A stretch of DNA of 64,000 nucleotides. Source: Candidatus Bathyarchaeota archaeon. Lineage in GTDB: Archaea; Thermoproteota; Bathyarchaeia; Bathyarchaeales; Bathycorpusculaceae. The stretch lies in assembly GCA_963702095.1 (NCBI GenBank), contig OY969706.1:544001-608000 (forward strand), in the 5' to 3' direction. A model generated the notes under the pieces. That model saw only the letters and a list, made by a program, of their open reading frames with translations. It searched no databases and was not told the DNA's origin. The translations under genes and the position numbers were made by a program. This document shows positions 30,514 through 40,821 of this stretch, one piece after another (within the stretch, counting starts at the first letter, position 1; each line of letters starts with the position of its first letter).

Positions 30514-30528
30514 GGTAGGAGTCCTACC
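30514..30528. promoter_or_regulatory. Palindromic operator candidate between the divergent TrmB and surface-protein genes
   Basis: Perfect GGTAGGA-G-TCCTACC located between two TATA-like boxes. Confidence 0.6.
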
Positions 30529-30603
30529 AACCAAATTATATTACTATTTAATAACAAACTCGGTTCGCGCATTATGCGCTAAAAATCTTAGGAAGAAAGA
30601 AAA

Positions 30604-33310
30604 ATGTTAAAAAATAAAACAGCAGCTATTGCATTTGTAATATTGCTAGTATTTTCAATATCAGCTTCAATGACACTCGGTCAAGTTCCGATACCTAAAG
30701 GAACCCATACACCAACATATGCTTATCTTAGCCTCGGCCCTAACCCCGCGGGAGTCGGTCAAACAGTGACCGTTAACATGTTCCTTTTGATTCCAATGTT
30801 AACCAGCGAATCCGCAATAGGTTTTACCGTACAAATGACAGATCCCTCTGGACATACTTCAACACTAGGACCATTTAATTCCGATGCTACTGGAGGCACA
30901 TACACTACAGTCGTTCCAGATCAAATCGGCGAGTATAAGTTCCAATTATTTTACCCAGGACAAAACATGACTGGCGCAAACGATACCTGGAAGTTCAATT
31001 CAGACACAGTATATAGGAGTTATCGCGGACCCCAGCCAAAGTGAAGTGAAGACGCTTACTGTGCAGGAAGAACCGATATCACGTAGCATATATCCGATTA
31101 CGCCGCTCCCAACTGACTGGTGGCAGACTCCGGTTACCGCAGAAAATGTTCAACTATGGTACAACCTTAATGGACCCTGGCTCGGATACAGTTCAGTTAC
31201 TTTTGCGACAACTGGCGGCTACAATCTTAATGGCAACTATAATCCTAAAACTGGATCAGTGCTTTCTGGTCATGTTCTCTGGAATAAAGTCTGGGCTGGT
31301 GGTGGTCTGACAGGTATAAGCGGAGACGAAGAGTCGGGACACTACTGGTCAACCTCGCAGTATTGGCCAAAATACGCGCCTGTCATCATCGACGGAAAAA
31401 TGATCTCAACTTGGTATAGCGAAACAACAAGCTACTCAAACGGCATCAAATGCACAGACCTTTACACTGGACAAACACTATGGACAATAAACACCTCTAA
31501 TCCGTTGCGGTGCGGCATGGTTACTCAATGGCACACAATAAACGCTTATGGCGCCATTGGACCATACATCTGGACTACCGGCACTCTACCTGCAGATGAC
31601 ACCGGCGGAAAACTAGTCGCTAACCGTGGAACACAGTTTAACATGTATTCTGCCCTGACCGGAAAATACGTTCTCAGCGTTGTCAACGGCACTAACCCAA
31701 GTTTCACTACAGATGAAAACGGCAACATGCTCGGCTACTACATTAACAGCACTGTTGGCACCATGTATGCATATGATCCTGTGCCACTCAATGGTCCTCA
31801 CGTACCTAGAGAGGCAATAACTATTACTGCAGGCAATCCTGTCCTATGCTGTTTCAACATGTCGAACGCTATTGCCTACGTTGAAGGAAGTCGTAGCAAT
31901 CAGTGGGGATGGGCTCCACCACTAAACAACGTTATCGACTTTGCACATGGAGTAATGTGGGCAGAACCTTTGTACAACAACATTAGTGGCGCATCTATAA
32001 GTCCGGGTCTCGCAATAAACGGAGTAACTGATGACGCAGTAGTGATGACTGGAGGATTCACTTTCGCCCAAGGATATGGAGGAACAACCAACGGCTGGCT
32101 AGTTGTAGCAGCACAAGATGCAACTACTGGCGCTCAATTGTGGGTCAAAAACCTCACATATGCAGACACAGCTGTCTTAGAACCGTTTACAAGGACACAA
32201 ATGCAAATCGATGATGGACTATTCCAGCTTAGCAGCATGTATAATTGGCAAGTCATAGCTCTAAATGCACGTACAGGCAGCACGGCATGGACAACAACTC
32301 TCAAAACCGATAGCGGCGCTGAACCAAATATCTTCGATACAATTGGCGGCATAGCAACCCGCAATGGACCCGGCGTCACCGTCTATTACGGCTTCGGAGG
32401 GGACATATGGGGCATAAGCAATACGGACGGAAAACAGCTATATTACACAAATACGACGAACCTGCTGGGTGATCCCGGCATTGAAACTCCTTACAATACC
32501 TGGCCATTATGGACCTTTAGTTGTACCGCTCAGACCAATGATGTGATTTACTTAGCTGTCGGACACGAATACAACCCACCACTGTTTCACGGCTCACAGA
32601 TGTTAGCCCTAAACATCACTGACGGAAGCCTGATATGGAAAGAACTAGGCACATATGTTGAATCCACCGCAATTGCATACAACATCTTGCTGTCGCGCAA
32701 CTGTTATGACAACATGATATACGCTTTCGGCAAAGGACCAAGTGGTATGACTGTTTCAGCTCCTAGTGTAGGAGTTACAACGGCTACACCGATAACCATA
32801 ACGGGTACCATTATGGACGTTTCCCCCGGCACGCACTATCTGACTGATCCTGAATTGACAATGACAAAGCAGAATGAGGTTCCATTGAGGTTCCCGAATG
32901 GAGTTCCATGTGTTTCTGACGAAAGCCAGAGTACTTGGATGGAATACGTGTACCAGCAGCAGCCAATGCCATACAACACTACTGGTGTTCTAGTTACCAT
33001 CAGCGTCGTGGACAGCAACGGAAACTATCGTGAAATCGGCCAAACCACTTCAGTCGACGGAACATTCGCCTACACTTGGACTCCTGACATTTCAGGCAGC
33101 TATGAAGTCGTTGCTAGCTTTGCAGGTTCCAACTCGTACTATCCATCCTCAGCTGTAAGCCACTTCTATGCCAGTGACACGGCGCCAACACCAACCAATG
33201 AAGCCCAATCACCGCAAGTCGACAACACGATGACTATCATAGCATCCACCATTGCCATCATCATTGCAATAGCGATAGTCGGATTGCTAATGCTAAGAAA
33301 ACGGGCATAA
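30604..33310 (+). CDS. Secreted PQQ-like beta-propeller surface protein with C-terminal anchor; 1 frameshift (~31030)
   Basis: Signal peptide; repeated DxxTG..LW motifs; C-terminal TM followed by RKRA. Confidence 0.8.
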
Positions 33311-33495
33311 ACAAGCAAGCAACAAACAACTTTCCCTTTTCCCTTTTTTTGGGATTAAAAGTAAGCTATAAAATGTGGGCTGAGAGGGCTCTGAATTAAA
33401 AATAATCAGTTGCGGTAGCAGAGAATGGTTTAGTTGCATTTTCCATTCTTTTCTTCCTTTAGTCGGGTTCCAGAGTCAAATCGAGAGGTTAAAAG

Positions 33496-33568
33496 TAGCC
33501 CGTGAGAGATTCGAACTCTCGTCGTCGGGTCCAAAGCCCGATATGCTTGACCACTACACCAACGGGCT
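33496..33568 (-). tRNA. tRNA-Gln(TTG)
   Basis: AGCCCGT/ACGGGCT acceptor stem (A1-U72, typical of archaeal Gln); TCGGG-CTTTGGA-CCCGA anticodon arm; TTCGAAT T-loop. Confidence 0.95.
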
Positions 33569-33928
33569 GCATGATTCCAGATGTGGGTGTGGCGTTATTT
33601 ATTGTTAGAGGTTAATGGGCAGCTTTTTTCCATATAAGGGTTCCTCCAAGGGGGGTATCTCGGCGTGGGTTTGTTCGGTTAAAAAAAGGGATATATTGGT
33701 TTAGAGGTTTTGAGGCGGCGGTTTTACACTTTTCTATGTTTTTTGCCATATGGTTGTTTGGGGCTGTTTGGGTTTTTCTTGGTGATTATGTGCAATATAT
33801 TTAATAAACCACAAAGCTTAAATACTAAAGCAGTTCATCTGCTTAGTTTGCGCGGGCCGAATGTACTATTTTCTAGCCAGATTGGCCTATGGTGACGGTT
33901 CTACGCATATCGAAGTGAGGTAGAAGAA

Positions 33929-34873
33929 GTGAGCATAAAAAAAGAAGCACCGAGAACAACCCAACGTCATGTCGACAAATGCCCAGAATGCGGCGGCGAA
34001 AACCTAGTTCACGATTACGACACCGGAGAAACAGTCTGTGGCGACTGCGGCCTTGTCTTGTTCGAGCAAATGATGGATAAAGGACCGGAATGGCGCGCCT
34101 TCACCCAAGAAGAAAAAGCGTCCAGAAGCCGAGTCGGTGTCCCCACCTCTTACTCAGTCCACGATAAAGGCTTATCCACAGCGATTAGCCAAGTGGACCG
34201 CGATGCCTTCGGGCGAAAACTGCCTTTGTCCACACGTCTGCAAATGTGGCGTCTACGCAAATGGCAAATCCGCAGCCGCGTCCATAGCTCAATCGACCGT
34301 AACCTTGCACAAGCCATGGCTGAACTTGACCGCCTCTCAGACAAAGTCTACATTCCACCGCCAATCAAGGAGAAAGCAGCCGTCGTCTACCGCAAAGCAC
34401 TCGACAAAGGTTTAGTCCGTGGACGCTCCATTGCCGCCATTGCAGCCGCAGCCCTCTACGCGGCATGCCGTGGAAGCGGAACACCCCGTACACTGCGAGA
34501 AATCGCTGAAGCAAGCTTAGTCGACAAAAAAGACGTTGCACGATGCTACAGGCTGCTATTGCGGGAGTTGGAAGTACACATGCCCATCGCTGACCCACTC
34601 ACATACGTGTCTAAAATCGCTGAGAAAACAGGCATATCAGGCAAAACCCAGGGCGCAGCAATCAACATTTTGCGTGAAGCCAGACGCAAACGTGCTGCAG
34701 CAGGAAAAGACCCTATGGGCTTAGCCGCAGCTGCACTCTACATTGCATGCTTGCAGAACAACGAGAAAAAGACGCAGAAAGACATCGCTGAAGCAGCAGG
34801 CGTAACAGAAGTTACAGTGCGCAACCGCTACAAGACGCTTAAAAAACAGTTAAACCTCGAATTGCCCGACTAG
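33929..34873 (+). CDS. tfb: Transcription initiation factor IIB
   Basis: CPECG...CGDCG Zn ribbon, GPEWRAF, two cyclin repeats, VTEVTVRNRY. Confidence 0.97.
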   Translation: MSIKKEAPRTTQRHVDKCPECGGENLVHDYDTGETVCGDCGLVLFEQMMDKGPEWRAFTQEEKASRSRVGVPTSYSVHDKGLSTAISQVDRDAFGRKLPLSTRLQMWRLRKWQIRSRVHSSIDRNLAQAMAELDRLSDKVYIPPPIKEKAAVVYRKALDKGLVRGRSIAAIAAAALYAACRGSGTPRTLREIAEASLVDKKDVARCYRLLLRELEVHMPIADPLTYVSKIAEKTGISGKTQGAAINILREARRKRAAAGKDPMGLAAAALYIACLQNNEKKTQKDIAEAAGVTEVTVRNRYKTLKKQLNLELPD

Positions 34874-34885
34874 GGCTTTTTCCAC

Positions 34886-35125
34886 CTATTTTTTAGGTTT
34901 TTCGGTTATTTTTTCTTCGGTTGAGCCTTCTTCAGGTTCCAACTCCATAACTAAAATGCCGTGGTAACCGCAGTTTTCACAGTAATACTGCTTTGGCGTT
35001 AACCACACGTCGAGGCTGCTGTTTAGCTGGATTTTTGGGCTGCAGCATCGGGGACAGAAGATTTGGGCGGGTTTTCTGTGTTTTGTGTTTTTGAGAATAT
35101 CGCGTATGCTGTCTAGCTTTTTCAT
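34886..35125 (-). CDS. Small Zn-ribbon protein
   Basis: CPRC...CENCGY. Confidence 0.7.
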   Translation of the reverse strand: MKKLDSIRDILKNTKHRKPAQIFCPRCCSPKIQLNSSLDVWLTPKQYYCENCGYHGILVMELEPEEGSTEEKITEKPKK

Positions 35126-35166
35126 TTTCGATCGGTTGCTTCCTTAATTTGTTGCGGGCTATGCGT

Positions 35167-35475
35167 TTACTGTAACTCGATGTTTTCTTGTGGGTACCCG
35201 ATTTTGATCAGGAACTCTTTCACGCGGTCACGGTGGTCGCCTTGCAACATGATTTGCCCATTTTTATGTGTGCCTCCACATGCACAGTAGGTTTTAAGTT
35301 TCTGTGCGACGCTTGCCAAGTTAGAATTTTTGTCGTCCATGCCGTCGATTATTGTGGTTGCTTTGCCAAATTTCCGGGTTTCAAGGCGTATGCGAATCCG
35401 CTGTTGCTCTTTCTCTATTTCCCCACAAACGCATAAGTCCTTAGGTAATCCGCATGTTGAACAAACTTCAGCCAT
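35167..35475 (-). CDS. Translation initiation factor aIF1 (SUI1)
   Basis: CGLPKDLCVC, KLKTYCACGGT, LQGDHR. Confidence 0.95.
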   Translation of the reverse strand: MAEVCSTCGLPKDLCVCGEIEKEQQRIRIRLETRKFGKATTIIDGMDDKNSNLASVAQKLKTYCACGGTHKNGQIMLQGDHRDRVKEFLIKIGYPQENIELQ

Positions 35476-35609
35476 GAATCTCAACAATGAAATTATCAAG
35501 TGCTGTATATAAGAGTTTCAAAGCCTAACCGGGTATTTTTTTGGTTGCCGTTTCCATGGGAATATGGTTTTTTTGTTGTTTTCTAAGCTTTTGGCTGAAG
35601 GATAATCGG

Positions 35610-35804
35610 TTTTTTCTCTTTATGTGGGTGTGGCGTTTTAGGGGGTGCCACAAGACGACTTGAGGCAACGATTGCATTTGGCGTTTGCAACGGTTTTCGG
35701 CGTCTGTTTCAGTGTGGGATATGCGTTTTCATCCACACACCCTTGCATGGCTCTATGTTGAAGCCTCAACGGTTGGATGTAGAAGCATGTATCGACTGGT
35801 TTTC
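35610..35804 (-). repeat. Intergenic repeat family A, copy 2 (inverted relative to copy 1)
   Basis: 194/195 identity to 27936-28130. Confidence 0.95.
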
Positions 35805-35854
35805 TGAGCCACATGTCAGTGAGCCCTTCCGGTATCCACATCCAAACGTACCTT

Positions 35855-35882
35855 AGCTTAGTCAAGAAACCTTGACAAAAAC
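35855..35882 (+). other. Recurring 28-bp palindromic site (dif-like 11-6-11, or operator), site A
   Basis: AGCTTAGTCAA-GAAACC-TTGACAAAAAC; the core 16-mer is identical to the reverse complement of 60043-60058. Confidence 0.7.
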
Positions 35883-35921
35883 ACTTTTAACCTGATTAAA
35901 AAAATAACAATCGATAACAAG

Positions 35922-37136
35922 TTGCAGAAAACAGCCTTAGCGATAATCGGTTTAGTACTCATATTTTCAGCAGTAACCTTGCCCCACACCAATTTCGCAT
36001 CTGCCCAATCAGACGAATACATAACAATAAAGGCCGACGGAAGCATTGAACCCGCAAACGCACCTATCCAAAGAAACGGTAACGTGTATACAGTGATAGA
36101 TAATATCCAACAATACCTTGTTTTGGAGAGAAACTATACCACTTTGGACGGCGGCGGGCATCATGTGGGTGGGGTTTATGGACCGTTACTTGTTCAGTCG
36201 GGCTACACATGGATTGCTGATGGAACAACCAACATTACTGTCGCCAATGTGGTTATCGATGGGCAAGGTATGGTTTTCTTCTCAACCGTAAACTCCGTTT
36301 TTTCTTATATCACTCTTAACAACGGGACAGGAAGTGATGTTAGTGGTGATGGAAACATCGTAGCTAATTTAACAGTAAATTCTGGACGGGGCTTATCCAT
36401 CAACGGCGAGGATAATTTGGTCTATGGTAACCATTTGAACAATTGCAACTATACATTTGCTGAAAACAACCCTCCTCCGTGCGGTATTGCGGTTAGTGGT
36501 TCAAACAATTGGGTTATTGGGAATTTTATTGTTGGAACTAACGGGTCTGCCATCAATCTAGGAACCTCGGCTGATAATATTATCTTTGGGAATCAAATAG
36601 AAAACAACAAAGTAGCAGTACAAACAATGGCTATCTACACACAAATCAGTGCAGAAAACAACCGTATTTACAACAACAATTTCGTAAACAACACCCAAAC
36701 CTACCACGATGAAAAGGTTATGGCTGCACCTGCATCGGTCACCATTTGGGATCATGATACTGTTGGCAACTATTGGAGTGACTACAACGGTTCAGATGCG
36801 AACGGTGACGGAAAAGGCGACACACCCTACGTCATAGACGCAGACAACCAAGACCACTACCCACTGATGAACCCCATAGATACCACCAGTATTTCAAACG
36901 TGCCAAGACCCTCTTCATCTACGTCACCAACTCCGACAGCAACACCTACTCAACCAACAACAAATCCAACGGCGACCACTCAACAACCAACAAACAATCC
37001 CACAGCAACCATATCACCCACCCCTTCTCCAACCGTTCCAGAGTTATCTTGGCTTGTAATTGTGCCTCTGCTTCTTTCTGTCTTCTGCACCGCTGTTATG
37101 TTTAGAGTTCAAATAATCGCTAAATTGAAGAGATGA
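35922..37136 (+). CDS. Secreted NosD/CASH beta-helix protein with P/T linker and VPEL (PEF-CTERM-like) anchor
   Basis: Signal peptide; Asn-rich repeats; GNYWSDY...DGKGDTPY; PTVPELSW followed by TM. Confidence 0.85.
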   Translation: MQKTALAIIGLVLIFSAVTLPHTNFASAQSDEYITIKADGSIEPANAPIQRNGNVYTVIDNIQQYLVLERNYTTLDGGGHHVGGVYGPLLVQSGYTWIADGTTNITVANVVIDGQGMVFFSTVNSVFSYITLNNGTGSDVSGDGNIVANLTVNSGRGLSINGEDNLVYGNHLNNCNYTFAENNPPPCGIAVSGSNNWVIGNFIVGTNGSAINLGTSADNIIFGNQIENNKVAVQTMAIYTQISAENNRIYNNNFVNNTQTYHDEKVMAAPASVTIWDHDTVGNYWSDYNGSDANGDGKGDTPYVIDADNQDHYPLMNPIDTTSISNVPRPSSSTSPTPTATPTQPTTNPTATTQQPTNNPTATISPTPSPTVPELSWLVIVPLLLSVFCTAVMFRVQIIAKLKR

Positions 37137-37171
37137 GCGCGTCTGCCAAGCAGGTGTATATCTCCACCGTC

Positions 37172-37235
37172 TGTTTAGGTAAGGAACCTTGACTGACCAT
37201 TAACTGTGGCTTAGGCAAAAAATCTTGACAAATAG
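37172..37235 (+). other. Two tandem degenerate copies of the 28-bp site (B and C)
   Basis: TGTTTAGGTAA-GGAACC-TTGACTGACCA and GGCTTAGGCAA-AAAATC-TTGACAAATAG. Confidence 0.6.
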
Positions 37236-37268
37236 CCTTTTATCGACTGTACTTTCATATAGCTAAGC

Positions 37269-38140
37269 ATGGGTAGAAAGAGCAAAACTTTGTGGTTATT
37301 GCTAAGTATAGTAATTGCATTAGTTATCTTAGCTCTTGAACCGTTAAACCACTACACATACCCATTGATAACATGTCTACCGCCCCATCTGATGACGATG
37401 CAGTTATAACTATCCAATCGCCCCAAGACGGTGCAACTTACAATGTAACTTCGTTGCCTCTTTATTTCACTGTTCAGAATAACTATGAGTATTTCTCGGT
37501 TCGTTATATCCTAAACAATCAATGCCCAGTTACAATTCCAGCATGGACCATCAATCAAACTTCACTGAAAGGGTTCTTTCCGACTGACAATTACACCTAT
37601 TATTATCCCATATACCAAGCTGTAAGCAACACGGCCTTGCCTGACTTAACGAATGGAAATTACAACTTAACGATTGAAAACTTTTATAACATATCAACAG
37701 GAGTTCAAGTAACAAATTCTACCTCAATTACCTTCACAATCGACACTTCCCGTCAGAATGCAACGATGGTTTTCCAGCTCCCTCCTGAACCTTACCCAAA
37801 GTTGACCATCAACTCATTTGACTCTCCCACAAAAAACGTTGCCACCAATGGTGATTCCTATGCATGGGTTGATGTTACTTTCAATTTAACAGGTATACCC
37901 TCATGGGTCGGATACAGCATCGATGGTAAAAGCAATCATACAATTTCTGGTTTTTCCGCTATATATGGCATACAAGCTGCAATCAACGTGCCACTTGGAG
38001 ACCATACTGTGACGCTTTACGTCAAAGGCACAGATGGAAACTGGGCGGCACCAGTGACTTTTCACTCAACCGTAATAAGCTTCGAAGACTACACTGGGGG
38101 AAAAACTGCCTCAAACACACTTTTAGCTCCTTCAACTTGA
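37269..38140 (+). CDS. Secreted Ig-like domain protein; frameshift near the 5' end; lacks a C-terminal anchor
   Basis: Signal peptide from ATG 37269 is in a different frame from ORF 37373-38140; ITIQSPQ, WVGYSIDG, GDHTVTLY. Confidence 0.65.
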
Positions 38141-38189
38141 CCACCGCTAACTTGAAACAATGACCCTTTTCCACAGCATGATGAGTGTG

Positions 38190-39140
38190 CTAGCGCTTTT
38201 TTAGAACCAGTAAAATCCCTGCGCCTATAGCTGAGGCAATCGCTATGGGTAGAAGTATCCAGTAGGGGAAGGCGGCGGGTTGTGTTTCTTGGGTGGCGTT
38301 GGGTGTGGGGCTGGGTGCAAGCGGAGTTGAGGGCACTGTGGTGGTTGGTGGAGCAGTGGGGGTTGGGGTTGGCTGCGGAGTTGGTGAATATGTGGGCAGG
38401 GGTGTTGTTGGGTCAGGAACCGGCGGGGAATTTGCGTCTGAAATGTCGAGCTTAACGTTGGTTACGTCGACTTCTTGCTGTCCTGAGATGCTTGACCACC
38501 AACACTCCCCCATACCCGTCATCAGACTGATCTGGTGCACGCTATCTGTGAATTCGGTTTGAGATGAAGAAATAACGGTTACACCGTTCACCGATAACCC
38601 GACGGTTTTGGCTGAGTCATCAATCGTTAAAACAACATGGTACCACACGCCGCTGGCAGGTAGCGTCCCTGAGGCTTGGAAGAGGTAAGTGTAAACGGTG
38701 TTGCCGCCGATCCAAAGCGACCACACGCCTGAACCGTCAATGCCCACGCCGAAGTTGCCCAAGTTACCCCGCAAATCGTTGCTGTCGCAGACGTAGAGGA
38801 AGAATATTGCGTCCATGCCCTGTGGGCAACTGTTTGGGACTTTGGCGACGTAGATGTCTTGGCTTGCGGTGATGGTGCTGTTGGGGGTTGAGGTGAACCC
38901 TGATTTTTCTACGAAGGAGTAGCTGTATTCGCCGCCGGTGGGTGTTGGGACAGTGAAGCGTGCGATGCCGCCGCTGACTGTTTGGCTTGCGCCTGGGCTG
39001 TTGAAGGTTTGGGACCAGCCGGCGAAGCCTCCGCTTGAAAAACTATCGGAGAACACGGTTAACGCGGCTGCTGGCTGTGATGCCACAAGCAAGACGAGGG
39101 CAACAGCGGTTAAAACGGTTAGTTTGAGGGTGTTCTTCAT
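38190..39140 (-). CDS. Secreted LamG/concanavalin-like protein with C-terminal anchor
   Basis: Signal peptide, WYHVVLTID, P/T linker, TM followed by KKR. Confidence 0.75.
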   Translation of the reverse strand: MKNTLKLTVLTAVALVLLVASQPAAALTVFSDSFSSGGFAGWSQTFNSPGASQTVSGGIARFTVPTPTGGEYSYSFVEKSGFTSTPNSTITASQDIYVAKVPNSCPQGMDAIFFLYVCDSNDLRGNLGNFGVGIDGSGVWSLWIGGNTVYTYLFQASGTLPASGVWYHVVLTIDDSAKTVGLSVNGVTVISSSQTEFTDSVHQISLMTGMGECWWSSISGQQEVDVTNVKLDISDANSPPVPDPTTPLPTYSPTPQPTPTPTAPPTTTVPSTPLAPSPTPNATQETQPAAFPYWILLPIAIASAIGAGILLVLKKR

Positions 39141-39305
39141 CACTTCACCACAAAGAGAATAATGCCATTGCAACCAAGGCGGCTGCAACACTGCTTTTGG
39201 ACGCAAGGTTCCAAACGTGGATTTCTAGCCAAAACAAACGTAAATAAATTAGCGACACACGATTTAAAGTGCGTGACAAGCTAACTCCCAAACATGCAAC
39301 GGAGT

Positions 39306-40763
39306 TTACTCTTTGTTGAGTTTCTTCTTGATGAAGTAGTGGCTCGCTGAAACCAAAAGCACCACCACCCACATAAGACCAAGCCCCACGAGCACCAACC
39401 CTGCTATTTGCATGAGGTCAAGCTGTGTTAATGCGTCAGTCAAAAAGTCGCTGCCAAAGGTCAACGGGGACCCAGGGTCGATTTTGGCGGTTGGAACAGC
39501 CGTTGGGCAGGGGGTTGTCGTTGGACTCGGCGTCGGAGTTAGGGTGGGTTCGGTTTGGGGGGTTTCGGTGTTGTCTGCCGGTGGTGGCGTGGGTGTCTGA
39601 TATGTTGGATATGGAGTAACCGATGGGGAAGGCAAGGGGATGGGGGTCACAAAAGGCGTCGGAGTCGGAACAGACGTGAGGCTTAGTTTGTCAAGCGTCG
39701 GGGCGTCTGGGCTGGGTTCGGCGAGGAAGGGCGAAAAAGTCACGTTGCCCAGTGCTGTGTTATTTTTGTAGTCATAGATGGTTTGGTTGATGACTGATTG
39801 GTCTTTGCTGTCCCACCAGTTGTAGGATGCGTTTAGGGGGCTTATGATTGCCATCTGGAGGTTCAGGGTGTTGTCTACAAGGTTGTTTTGTGTTAGGTTG
39901 ATGAGGTTTGAGGTAACCTGCACGCCTATGTTGTTGTCGCCGATTAGGTTGCTTCTCATGTTTCCGCCGCCGCGTATGCCACAATAATTGCTCGAAAAAA
40001 CATTGTTTTGAACGGTGGTGTTTCCGTTGCTATACGTTGAATAGATTCCATAAGCATTTGCTGTGATAAGGTTTCGTGTTATAGTTGTGTTGCCTGTACC
40101 CGAAACGTAGATGCCTACGTTGCAACCGGTGATGTTGTTGTCAAATATGTTGGGGCTGCCACGGTTATAGATGTCAATTCCATAGTTTGATGATGATTTG
40201 ATAAAGTTGTTGCAGATGGTCGGTGAACCCTCGTTGACGGAGATGCAGGTAAGTCTGCAATCGAAGGCATTGTTAGAAATTAATGGTGACGCGGCGTTTA
40301 CTCCAACTGAGCTTTGGCCAGTGAAGTAGTTGTTGCTTATTTTCGGCGAACACAACGTCACAGACAGGGCAACGTCGCTTAAAATGGTGTTCTCAAATAT
40401 GCATCCACTTGGCGATTCAGTCCAGTTAGTGGAAGAAGCTAAACTAATTGAGGTCAATGCGCCGATGGAGGAATACAGGATTATTTTGTTGTCGCTTGTG
40501 CCGCGGCAGAAAAAGGTGCCTCCGCCCGACACGATGAAGCCGTATGAATACAAGTCCACAATTGTTCCAGGCTCGATGGTTAAAGCTACGTTGGGGTATA
40601 TCCATATGGCGCTGGTTAGCCTGTAGGGTCCTCCGGTTTGGGTCCACGTTGTGTTGGAAGTGATGCTTTCGCCAACATAAGTGGCATAAGTAGGAGCGAT
40701 GACTAGCATTGCCGCACCGACCAGAATGGTTACAACCGCTAAGACCCAAACGAGCCGCTTCAA
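39306..40763 (-). CDS. Secreted right-handed beta-helix protein with C-terminal anchor
   Basis: Signal peptide, NTTWT..GGPY, LTIEPG, NASYNWW, P/T linker, TM. Confidence 0.82.
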   Translation of the reverse strand: MKRLVWVLAVVTILVGAAMLVIAPTYATYVGESITSNTTWTQTGGPYRLTSAIWIYPNVALTIEPGTIVDLYSYGFIVSGGGTFFCRGTSDNKIILYSSIGALTSISLASSTNWTESPSGCIFENTILSDVALSVTLCSPKISNNYFTGQSSVGVNAASPLISNNAFDCRLTCISVNEGSPTICNNFIKSSSNYGIDIYNRGSPNIFDNNITGCNVGIYVSGTGNTTITRNLITANAYGIYSTYSNGNTTVQNNVFSSNYCGIRGGGNMRSNLIGDNNIGVQVTSNLINLTQNNLVDNTLNLQMAIISPLNASYNWWDSKDQSVINQTIYDYKNNTALGNVTFSPFLAEPSPDAPTLDKLSLTSVPTPTPFVTPIPLPSPSVTPYPTYQTPTPPPADNTETPQTEPTLTPTPSPTTTPCPTAVPTAKIDPGSPLTFGSDFLTDALTQLDLMQIAGLVLVGLGLMWVVVLLVSASHYFIKKKLNKE

Positions 40764-40821
40764 GCTATCACCGTATGCACTGTAGTCCGTCTGAAAATTT
40801 AAAACTATCCAGAAAACACAG

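Larger units (their letters stand above)
28936..33507. mobile_element. 4.5-kb integrase-less islet at tRNA-Gln
   Basis: Bounded by the att-like direct repeats; carries a TrmB regulator and a beta-propeller surface protein. Confidence 0.7.

Noticed and set aside
33845-33910. Structured leader/riboswitch upstream of tfb
   Set aside because: Only short possible pairings (GGCCGAAT/ATTGGCC) and no recognisable RNA family; insufficient support.
35638-35865. ORFs overlapping repeat A (also 28099-28305, 48993-49343, 49052-49264)
   Set aside because: Starts, stops and frames are not conserved among the three copies; conservation is at the nucleotide level.
36900-37035. Short tandem CCAAC/ACT-rich repeats (also near 38300-38420 and 39480-39670)
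   Set aside because: Explained by Pro/Thr linkers of surface proteins.
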